Part shown: positions 8,031 through 15,814 of the stretch, in pieces
Numbering within the stretch: the first letter of the stretch is position 1
Layout: each line of letters starts with the position of its first letter
Origin: an uncultured delta proteobacterium
GTDB taxonomy: Bacteria; Myxococcota; UBA727; VGSZ01
Direction: 5' to 3'
Length of the DNA: 64,000 bases
NCBI GenBank assembly: GCA_963775425.1
Contig: CAVZJB010000016.1
Coordinates: 960,001 to 1,024,000, forward strand
Translations under genes and position numbers: made by a program
Notes under the pieces: generated by a model
What the model was told of the DNA's origin: nothing
The model's input: the letters and a program-made list of their open reading frames with translations, nothing else
Database searches by the model: none

Positions 8031-10417
8031 TGCGGCTCCTCGGGGGGGCCCTGCTCGACGGGCGGCTCGGCCTTGGGGTCGGGCCGCGGCGGCGTCGTGG
8101 GCATCACGTTCGGGGCGTCCGGCGGCGCCTTGGGGTCCGTCTCGGGCTCGACGGCGGTGGGCGGCGTCTCGTCTTCGTCGGGCGGCTCGACCTTCTTGGG
8201 CGGCGGCGGCCGCGGCGCGTTCTTGGGCGGCGGCAGCGGCGGCAGGTCCGCATAGCGCCCGGTGCCGCGCACCTGGGTGAACCAGGTCTTCAGCACCTCG
8301 GCCGTGACCGGCGCCGACGTGGAGCCGCCGAAGCCGCCGTGCTCGGTCATGGTGACGACGACCACCTCGGGGTGCTCCTTGGGTGCGAAGCCGACGAACC
8401 ACGCGTGGTCGCGCTGCTCGTACGGCAGCGACATCTCGCCGATGTGCTGCACGCTCTTGCTCAGCCGCACCACCTGCGCGGTGCCGGTCTTGCCGACGAT
8501 CTTGATGTTCGCGTTGCGCAGCCACTCGGACATGTCCTTGTACTGGTCGTGGCGCCACAGGAGCCCCGACGCCGTGCCGCCGGGCTCGGTGACGTGCGAC
8601 AGCGCCTCCTTCACGAGCGCGAGGTCCGACGGGAGCATGTCGAGGTGGCTGCGCACCACGGGCTCGATGGTCTTGATGACGTTGCCGTCGGCGTCGCGGA
8701 TCTCGCGGACGAGCTGCGGCTTGTACACGGTGCCGCCGTTGGCGATGGTGGCGTAGGCGATGGCGAGCTGCAGCGGCGTGACGGCGACGTCGCCCTGGCC
8801 AATGGCGTTGTTGACGACGAGGCCCGGCGTGTACGCGCCGAAGCGCCGGACGTAGTACTTGCGATCGGGGATGAGGCCGGGCGTCTCGCGGTCGATGCCG
8901 ATGTCGGTGCGCGAGCCGAAGCCGAACAGGCGCGCGGTCTCCGCGAGGCGGTCGGGGCCGAGGTCGTAGCCCACCGAATAGAAGTAGGTGTCGCACGAGT
9001 ACTGCAGCGCCTTCACCAGCGCGATGTGCCCGTGGCCGCCGCGGTTGAAGCAACGCCACACGCTGCGCCCGAGGCGGAAGAAGCCGGGGCACACGCGGAT
9101 CTGGTGCTCGTCGATGACCTTGTTGCGCAGGCCCGCCGACGCCGTGATGGCCTTGAAGGTGGAGCCGGGCGCGTAGTGGTCCTGGATGGCCTTGTTGCTC
9201 CAGGGCTTGAGCGGGTCCCTGCTGAGCTTGTGGATGTACTTCTTGCTCCATGGCCCGCTGACGAGGTTCGGGTCGTAGGGCGGGAAGCTCGCCATGGCGA
9301 GGACGAAGCCGGTGTTGACGTCGAGGGCGACCACCGATCCCTTCACGCCGCCGAACATGGCCTCGGCGGTGCGTTGCATGTCCTCGTCGAGCGAGAGCAC
9401 GAGCGTGTGCCCGGGGATCGCGGGGGTGTTGCGGTCGGGCCCGAGGAGCTCCTCGGCGAACGCGTCGCCCATGTTCCTGCCCTTGGCGTCGACGACGACG
9501 GGGCGGATGCCGTCCTTGCCGCGCAGCTCGTCCTCGAAGGCGGCCTCGACGCCGCGCCGCCCGACGAGGTCGCCGAGGTGGTAGCCCTGCCCCTCGCGCT
9601 CCTCGAGCTCCGATGAGTTGATCTCGTTCATGTAGCCGAGCACGTGCGAGGCGAGCGTCTTTTCGCGGTAGCGGCGCTTCTGGCTGTCGACGACCTCGAC
9701 GCCGGGGAGGTCGCCGAGCGACGCCGCCGCCTCGAGGCGCGCGTAGGCGTCGAAGCCGATGTCCTCGAGGAGCACCGCGGGCTTGAAGCGGCCGAGCCCG
9801 TGCGACTTGCGCAGCGCGCTCTCGACGCGCTCCTTCATGTCGTCGGGGTTGAGCCCGACGAGCTCCCGCGTGTGGCGGAACACCGACGCGCGCGAAGGGA
9901 AGTCCCGCGCGTGCGCGCTCACCTGGCAGGTGCCGTCGATCCCGCGGTCGACGACGACGCCGCGGATGTCCTCCTGCGCGGCGACGGCCTCGATGTCCTT
10001 GCACGCGTCTTCGGGGACGCCGTCGAGGAGGACGACCTCGTCGTCGCCGTCGGTCTCGACGGCGGCGAGCACGCGCTGATCGGCGTCGTTGATGACGGCC
10101 TTCTCCGGATGCGCCGGCGCGAGCAGTTGCCGGAGCGTCTTGGTGCTGTCGGGGAGGAACGCCACGGTGATGTAGACGTCGTGGGACGGCCTGTTATCGA
10201 CGAGGACGCGCCCGGCCTGGTCGAGGATGAGGCCGCGGGAGTGCGCGATGCGGTGCTCGGAGATGAAGTTCGACTGGCTCTTTTCGACGTACTCGTCGCC
10301 CTTCACGACCTGGAGGTAGTAGAGGCGGACGACGAGGCCGAAGAGGAAGATCGCGACGAGGGTGGTCGCCACCGCCGTGCGGCGGGCGTCGAACGCGGGC
10401 TCGAACGCCTTCTTCAC
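8027..10417 (-). CDS. mrdA: Penicillin-binding protein 2
   Basis: N-terminal TM, RGLILD, STFK, SCD, KTGTAQ; C..C..H..C putative Zn site; Pro-rich tail. Confidence 0.96.
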   Translation of the reverse strand: MKKAFEPAFDARRTAVATTLVAIFLFGLVVRLYYLQVVKGDEYVEKSQSNFISEHRIAHSRGLILDQAGRVLVDNRPSHDVYITVAFLPDSTKTLRQLLAPAHPEKAVINDADQRVLAAVETDGDDEVVLLDGVPEDACKDIEAVAAQEDIRGVVVDRGIDGTCQVSAHARDFPSRASVFRHTRELVGLNPDDMKERVESALRKSHGLGRFKPAVLLEDIGFDAYARLEAAASLGDLPGVEVVDSQKRRYREKTLASHVLGYMNEINSSELEEREGQGYHLGDLVGRRGVEAAFEDELRGKDGIRPVVVDAKGRNMGDAFAEELLGPDRNTPAIPGHTLVLSLDEDMQRTAEAMFGGVKGSVVALDVNTGFVLAMASFPPYDPNLVSGPWSKKYIHKLSRDPLKPWSNKAIQDHYAPGSTFKAITASAGLRNKVIDEHQIRVCPGFFRLGRSVWRCFNRGGHGHIALVKALQYSCDTYFYSVGYDLGPDRLAETARLFGFGSRTDIGIDRETPGLIPDRKYYVRRFGAYTPGLVVNNAIGQGDVAVTPLQLAIAYATIANGGTVYKPQLVREIRDADGNVIKTIEPVVRSHLDMLPSDLALVKEALSHVTEPGGTASGLLWRHDQYKDMSEWLRNANIKIVGKTGTAQVVRLSKSVQHIGEMSLPYEQRDHAWFVGFAPKEHPEVVVVTMTEHGGFGGSTSAPVTAEVLKTWFTQVRGTGRYADLPPLPPPKNAPRPPPPKKVEPPDEDETPPTAVEPETDPKAPPDAPNVMPTTPPRPDPKAEPPVEQGPPEEPQ

Positions 10418-10426
10418 GGAGCCATC

Positions 10427-10951
10427 CTACGATTTGCTCGCGAGGCGTTCCTGGAGCGTCTCGCCTTTTTCCTCGAGATCCAGTGCAATGAGGAGGCGCT
10501 GCAAGAGCGGGAAGACGAGGAGGCTGGCGAGGGCGTTGGCGACGGCGGTGAGGACGAGGGGGAAGAACCCGAAGCTCTCGCGCCGTTGAAAGAGGAACAG
10601 CAGCAGCAGGGAGACCAGCGCGTGCGCGGCGGAGATGCCGCCGACGAAGAGGAAGCTGCGAAAGCCGCGCGGCGACGGCACGAAGCCGACCACGAAGCGG
10701 CTGCCGACGAGGACGGCGACGCACGCGAGCACGTTCAGGCCAAGCGGGGTGCCCGCGAGCGCGTCGACGACGATGCCGATGAGCGCCGCGGTGACGGCGG
10801 CCTCGACGGGCGGGTCGACGATGGCGGCGTACGCGACGAGGAGCACCCCGGGGACGACGGGCACGTACGACCAACCGAACATCACCGCCGCCGCCCCCGC
10901 CACCGCCGTGAGCAGCAGCGCGAGCCCCGTCAGCACCAGGGCGCGGGTCAT
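10427..10951 (-). CDS. mreD: Rod shape-determining protein MreD
   Basis: Polytopic membrane protein with GIVVDALAGTPLG, located between mreC and mrdA. Confidence 0.85.
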   Translation of the reverse strand: MTRALVLTGLALLLTAVAGAAAVMFGWSYVPVVPGVLLVAYAAIVDPPVEAAVTAALIGIVVDALAGTPLGLNVLACVAVLVGSRFVVGFVPSPRGFRSFLFVGGISAAHALVSLLLLFLFQRRESFGFFPLVLTAVANALASLLVFPLLQRLLIALDLEEKGETLQERLASKS

Positions 10952-12183
10952 CGCGGCCCCGCGTCGCCGGTCTTCGCGGCGGCGGGCCTCGGGGCGCCAG
11001 GCTTGGGGGCGCCGGCCTTGGGGGCGCCGGCCTTGGGGGCGCCGGTCTTGGGGGCGCCGGGCTTGGGGGCGCCGGTCTTGGGGGCGCCGGGCTTGGGGGC
11101 GCCGGCGTCGGGCTCGGGGGCGCCGGCCTTGGGGGCGCCGGCGTCGGGCTTGGGGGCGCCGGCGTCGGGCTTCAGGGCGCCGCCGGGCGTGGGTGGCGCG
11201 GGGGCGGCGCTGGGGGCGGCCGCGGGCGGCTTCGCGGGCGCCGGCGGCGCCCTGCGGTGCTTGGGAGCCGCGGGCTCGGGAGCGGGGCCCGCGTCGACGG
11301 GCGCGCCGTCGACGTCCTCGTCCTCGTGGCCGCCGAGGCGCGGGGCCATGGGCGGCGGGCGATCGATGAGCACCGCGACGTGCTCGACGCGATCGAGCTC
11401 GGCCGCCGGCCGCACCACGGCGCGCAGGTACAGGCTGTCGTCGGGCGCCACCGCGTCCGTCACCGTGCCGACGGGGACGCCCACGGGGAAGCGCGCGCCG
11501 AGGCCCGACGTCACGACGAGGTCGCCGGGCTTGACGTCGCGCAGCTTGTCGAAGTCCTCGACCTTGGCGCCGTAGCGCTCGTCGGAGCCCTCGCCGCGGA
11601 TGATGCCCCGCGCGCGCGTACGCTGATCGATGACGTCGAGCGCCGAGCTCGAATCCGACAAGAGCAGCACGTCGCACGAGCGCCGCCCCACGGCCAGCAC
11701 CAGGCCCACGACGCCGTTTCGGTCGACGACGCCGTCGCCGCGGCGCACCCCGTCCGCCGTGCCGACGTCGAGGGTGAACAGGCGCGTGAGCGGCGCCCCG
11801 GTGCGCGCCACCACGCGCGCCGCGATCGGGCGCGGCCCGTCGATGCGCTCCACCTCGCGCAGCAGCGCCCGCAGCTCGTCGTTCTCCGTCTCGAGCTCCG
11901 CGATGCGCGTCTGCGCCTTCAGCATCCCCGACCTGTCGCGGCGCAGGTGCACGAGCTCGTCGTACGACGCCACCGACGTGAAGTAGTGGTCGAAGCCGTC
12001 GACGATGCTGCCCACGGACCACAACAGGCCGCGCTCGAGCAGCGCCGCCACGTCGACGAAGACGCCCACCACCGGTCCGCGCGCGCCCGGCTTCTTGGTC
12101 TGCGCGTACAGGAGCACCAGCGGCAACGCGAGCAGCGCCCCGACGACGATCAGGCCCCGGTACCGCGTGACGAGCTGCAGCAC
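10948..12183 (-). CDS. mreC: Rod shape-determining protein MreC with long Pro/Lys/Gly/Ala tail
   Basis: TM, coiled coil ENDELRALL, GVVG, GDLVVTSGLGARFPVGVPVGTV. Confidence 0.95.
   Translation of the reverse strand: MLQLVTRYRGLIVVGALLALPLVLLYAQTKKPGARGPVVGVFVDVAALLERGLLWSVGSIVDGFDHYFTSVASYDELVHLRRDRSGMLKAQTRIAELETENDELRALLREVERIDGPRPIAARVVARTGAPLTRLFTLDVGTADGVRRGDGVVDRNGVVGLVLAVGRRSCDVLLLSDSSSALDVIDQRTRARGIIRGEGSDERYGAKVEDFDKLRDVKPGDLVVTSGLGARFPVGVPVGTVTDAVAPDDSLYLRAVVRPAAELDRVEHVAVLIDRPPPMAPRLGGHEDEDVDGAPVDAGPAPEPAAPKHRRAPPAPAKPPAAAPSAAPAPPTPGGALKPDAGAPKPDAGAPKAGAPEPDAGAPKPGAPKTGAPKPGAPKTGAPKAGAPKAGAPKPGAPRPAAAKTGDAGPR
10990..11172 (-). repeat. 15-bp tandem repeat encoding (PKxGA)n in the MreC tail
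   Basis: About 11 copies of gggggcgccggNctt and variants on the + strand. Confidence 0.9.
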
Positions 12184-12189
12184 GGCGCC

Positions 12190-12195
12190 AATCTA
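12190..12195 (-). promoter_or_regulatory. Putative -10 element (TAGATT) 6 nt before the mreC GTG, leaderless-type
   Basis: TANNNT-N6-start with no SD. Confidence 0.55.
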
Positions 12196-12268
12196 GCGAC
12201 GACGCCGCCCCGCCGTCGAGCCGCCGCCCGCGCGGCCACGGCGCGGCCTGGGGACGCGGCGGGATCGG

Positions 12269-12294
12269 GGAACCTTTCGGCGCCGTCGGCCGTT
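12269..12294 (+). promoter_or_regulatory. Putative ECF-sigma promoter GGAAC-N17-CGTT upstream of the dsbA-like gene
   Basis: Matches the general ECF consensus; predicted start site falls at the GTG/ATG. Confidence 0.5.
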
Positions 12295-12303
12295 TCCACG
12301 GTG

Positions 12304-13098
12304 ATGAACGCCCTCAAGCAAATCCTCGCCGTCACCTTCGCCATCGCCGTCGTCGCCATCGGGACGCAGCGCACGGTCTCGCTCGTCCTCGAGATGCGCC
12401 ACACCGACCGCGAGCAGGACGCCCGCATCGACGACCTCGAACAGCAGCTCCGCGATATGCGGGCCACTGCCGACGTCGACCGCGCGCCGCACAGGCCCGG
12501 CCCCGGCGATCTGTGGGCCGACGACGACGTCCACCCCGTCCCCGTCGCGGGCTCGCCGGCGTCGGGCCCCCCCGACGCGTGGGTGACCATCGTCGCGTTC
12601 CTCGACTACCAGTGCCCGTTCTGCGGGCGCGTCCAGCAGACCCTCGCGGACCTGCGCGCGCACAACCCCGACGTGCGGATCGTCGTGAAGCACAACCCGC
12701 TGTCGTTCCACCGGCAGGCGATGCCCGCCGCCGTCGCCGCCGAGTGCGCCAACGAGCAGGGCGCCTTCTGGCCGCTGCACCGCGCGCTGTTCGCAAACCA
12801 GCGCTCCCTCGACAAGTTCCTGTCGGACGTGAGCTGGAGGCGGTTCGACCTCGACGGACAGGCCATGGCGCGCTGCATCGCGGGCAGCGAAGCCAAGGCC
12901 ATCGTCCGGGAGGACATGGACCTCGCCCGACGCATGCACGCGCAGGGGACCCCGACGTTCTTCGTCAACGGCCGCCGCTTCGTCGGCGCGCAGCCCCTCG
13001 AGAAGTTCCAGCAGGCCGTGGACCGCGCGCGCACGGCGGCGAAGGCGTCGGGCATCCCCGCGGCGCGCTACTACGCCGACGGCGTCCTCGCCCGCTGA
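12304..13098 (+). CDS. DsbA-family thioredoxin-fold protein, membrane anchored
   Basis: DYQCPFC, KHNPL, GTPTFFVNG, GAQP; start at GTG 12301 or ATG 12304. Confidence 0.9.
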   Translation: MNALKQILAVTFAIAVVAIGTQRTVSLVLEMRHTDREQDARIDDLEQQLRDMRATADVDRAPHRPGPGDLWADDDVHPVPVAGSPASGPPDAWVTIVAFLDYQCPFCGRVQQTLADLRAHNPDVRIVVKHNPLSFHRQAMPAAVAAECANEQGAFWPLHRALFANQRSLDKFLSDVSWRRFDLDGQAMARCIAGSEAKAIVREDMDLARRMHAQGTPTFFVNGRRFVGAQPLEKFQQAVDRARTAAKASGIPAARYYADGVLAR

Positions 13099-13180
13099 GC
13101 TCGGGCCTTCCCGCGACGGGATCAGCTCTCTAGCATCGCTCGATGCCCGCGTGCCGCTCCCCCCGCCGAGGCGCGCGCCC

Positions 13181-14134
13181 GTGACCGCGAGCGCCGTGGT
13201 GTTGCGCGCGGTCGCCGACGCGCTCGAGGCCGGGATGCCCCCGCAGGCCCTCGTCGACGACCCGGCCCTGGCCGGCGCGCTTCCCCCGCGCGCCCGCGCG
13301 GCGCTGCGGGCGTCGCTGCGCAGCGGCGGCAGCTTCGCCGAGGCGCTCGAGCGCGGCGGCGCCGTCGACAAGGCCGGCGGCGCCGTCGTCGCGGCCGGCG
13401 AGCGCGGCGGCTTCCTGCCGCGCGCGCTGCGCCTCGTCGCCGACGACATCGCCGAGGCCGCGGCGCGGCGGCGGCGCGGGCTGCTCGCGCTCGCGTACCC
13501 CGCGTTCCTGGTCGTGATGGCGAGCGTCATCCTGCCGTTGCCCGCCCTCGTCACCGGCGGTCTCTCCGCGTACGTCGCGCGCGCCGCGCCCGGCGTCGTC
13601 GCGGTGGCGGCGGCGCTCTTCGTGGGCCTCGTCGTGCTCCCCCGCCTGCCCGGGGGCGCCAAGGCGGCGCTCGAAAACGCGCTCGCGCGCGTTCCCCTGT
13701 ACGGGCCGCTCGTCGTCGACACCGCGCGAGCGTCGTGCCTCGAGGCGCTCGGCCGCCTCGTCGCCGCGGGTGTGCCGGTCACCCTCGCCCTGCCCACGGC
13801 CGTCGCCGCCGGCGGCCTGTCCTCGTTTCGCGCGGGGGACGCTTCGCAGACCGTCGCGGCCGGCGGCACGCTCGCGCAGGCGCTGTCCGCCGGCGGCGTC
13901 GTCGACGAGCGCATCGCCGCGCGCGTCGCCCTCGCGGAGCGCACGGGGACGCTCGACCGCGCGCTGCCCACGCTCGCCGCCGAGGCCCGCTCGCGGGCCC
14001 GGGCGCGCTTCATCGCGCTCTTCGCGGCGCTCGGGCTGCTGTGCTTCTTCGCCATCGCCGCGGCCATCGGCGCCGCCGCCGTGCACAGCACACAGAGCTA
14101 CTTCGACGCCATCGACGCCGCGACGAAGGAGTAG
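13181..14134 (+). CDS. Type II secretion system F (GspF/PilC-like) inner-membrane protein, orphan
   Basis: Two T2SSF repeats (AGERGG..LALAYP; AERTGTLD); start uncertain (13151 or 13181). Confidence 0.8.
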   Translation: MTASAVVLRAVADALEAGMPPQALVDDPALAGALPPRARAALRASLRSGGSFAEALERGGAVDKAGGAVVAAGERGGFLPRALRLVADDIAEAAARRRRGLLALAYPAFLVVMASVILPLPALVTGGLSAYVARAAPGVVAVAAALFVGLVVLPRLPGGAKAALENALARVPLYGPLVVDTARASCLEALGRLVAAGVPVTLALPTAVAAGGLSSFRAGDASQTVAAGGTLAQALSAGGVVDERIAARVALAERTGTLDRALPTLAAEARSRARARFIALFAALGLLCFFAIAAAIGAAAVHSTQSYFDAIDAATKE

Positions 14135-14150
14135 ACGCCGCCCGCCGCGC

Positions 14151-15185
14151 TCAGTTCGACATCGCGACGGCTTGCAGCAGGTCGATCTTCTCGAGCGCCG
14201 TGCCCGCGCCGATCACGGTCCCCGAGATGGGCTCCTCGGAGTGGAACACGGGCAGGCCCGTCTCCTTGCGCAGGAGCACGTCGAGGTTGCGCAGGAGCGA
14301 CGCCCCGCCCGACAGGATGATCCCGCGATCCACGATGTCGCTGGCGAGCTCCGGCGGCGTGCGCTCGAGGCCGATGCGCACGGCCTCGGTGACGGCGTTG
14401 ATGGGCTCGCCCATGGCCTCGCGGATCTCGTCGCTGTTGCACTCGATGGTCTTGGGGACGCCGGCCACGAGGTCGCGTCCCTTCACCTCCATCGTCAACA
14501 GCTCGTCGTCGGGATAGGCGCTCCCGATGCGGATCTTGATCTGCTCGGCCGTGCGCTCGCCGATGAGCAGCGAGTAGCGCTTCTTGATGTGGTTCACGAT
14601 GGCGACGTCCATCTTGTCGCCGCCGACGCGAACCGACCGGCTGTAGACGATGCCGCCGAGCGAGATCACGGCGACCTCGCAGGTGCCGCCGCCGACGTCG
14701 ACGATCATGTTGCCGGAGGGCTCGGTGATGGGCATCCCCGCGCCGATGGCGGCGGCCATCGGCTCCTCGATGAGGTACACCTCTCGCGCGCTCGCCGACT
14801 CCGCCGACTCCTTCACCGCGCGCTTCTCCACCTCGGTGACGCCCACGGGCACCGCGATGATGATCCGCGGCTTCACCAGCGTGCTCCGGCCGTGCGCCTT
14901 CTGGATGAAGTGGCGGAGCATCTCCGCGGTGGCGTCGAAGTCGGCGATGACGCCGTCCTTGACGGGGCGGATGGCGGCGATCTGGTCGGGGGTGCGTCCG
15001 AGCATGTCCTTGGCCTCGCGCCCGACGGCGACGACCTCGCGCTTGCCCCCGGGCGCGGTGCGCACGGCCACCACCGATGGCTCGTTCACCACGATGCCCT
15101 TGCCGCGGACGAAGATGCGCGTGTTCGACGTACCGAGGTCGACCGCGAGATCCGACGAGAAAAGGCCGAAGACGCCACCAAGCAT
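14151..15185 (-). CDS. mreB: Actin-like rod shape-determining protein MreB
   Basis: DLGTSNT, EPSVVA, IEEPMAAAIGAG, DVGGGT, GGASLL. Confidence 0.98.
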   Translation of the reverse strand: MLGGVFGLFSSDLAVDLGTSNTRIFVRGKGIVVNEPSVVAVRTAPGGKREVVAVGREAKDMLGRTPDQIAAIRPVKDGVIADFDATAEMLRHFIQKAHGRSTLVKPRIIIAVPVGVTEVEKRAVKESAESASAREVYLIEEPMAAAIGAGMPITEPSGNMIVDVGGGTCEVAVISLGGIVYSRSVRVGGDKMDVAIVNHIKKRYSLLIGERTAEQIKIRIGSAYPDDELLTMEVKGRDLVAGVPKTIECNSDEIREAMGEPINAVTEAVRIGLERTPPELASDIVDRGIILSGGASLLRNLDVLLRKETGLPVFHSEEPISGTVIGAGTALEKIDLLQAVAMSN

Positions 15186-15311
15186 GATGCGCGGAACCTA
15201 CTCCCAAACGCGGGGGCGCGTCGATTGGCGCAGGACCCGTGTGCCTGCACCCAGGGGCCCCGCGCGGTGCCGGCGCCCCGCGGCCGGAACGGGGCGTGCA
15301 ACCCGCGCAGC

Positions 15312-15806
15312 ATGGCGCTCGTGATCGGACCGTCACCGTTCTTCCTGTCGTATCAGGCCATCCCGCGGGGCGTTCCGGCCAGCGTCGCGGTCGACCGCAT
15401 CGCCGCCAGCCTCTCCGGCGCCGTCGACCTCCACGGCCACGCCGCCGGGGCGGGCCTCGCCCACCTGTTCGTCCGGCGGCACCCCCGCCTGGTCCGCCGC
15501 CTCGCCCTGTCCCGCTTCGGGCTGTACACCCGCGCCCACCTGCTGCGCGCCCGGCTGCGCGCCATCGTGGACGAGGACGCCGCCGTCCTCGTGGACCTGT
15601 TCGCCTGGGAGAGGGAGTACGGCATGCGGGACCCCGTCTTCATGCCGGGCCGGGTGCTGTTGCTCCTCGACGACGAGACCACCCAGCTCGAGCGCGAGCA
15701 CCTGGTGGCCACCTATCCGGGAGCCCGCCTGACGTGGGACCCGTTCGACGTGGCGGCCTTCCTCAGCGACGCGACTGCCGTTGTCAGCGCCGGGGAACCT
15801 CGCTAA
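15312..15806 (+). CDS. Hypothetical protein, degenerate alpha/beta-hydrolase-like
   Basis: VDLHGHAAGAGLAHLFVRRHPRLVRRLALS resembles a nucleophile elbow with Ser replaced by Ala. Confidence 0.55.
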   Translation: MALVIGPSPFFLSYQAIPRGVPASVAVDRIAASLSGAVDLHGHAAGAGLAHLFVRRHPRLVRRLALSRFGLYTRAHLLRARLRAIVDEDAAVLVDLFAWEREYGMRDPVFMPGRVLLLLDDETTQLEREHLVATYPGARLTWDPFDVAAFLSDATAVVSAGEPR

Positions 15807-15814
15807 GCGACCGC

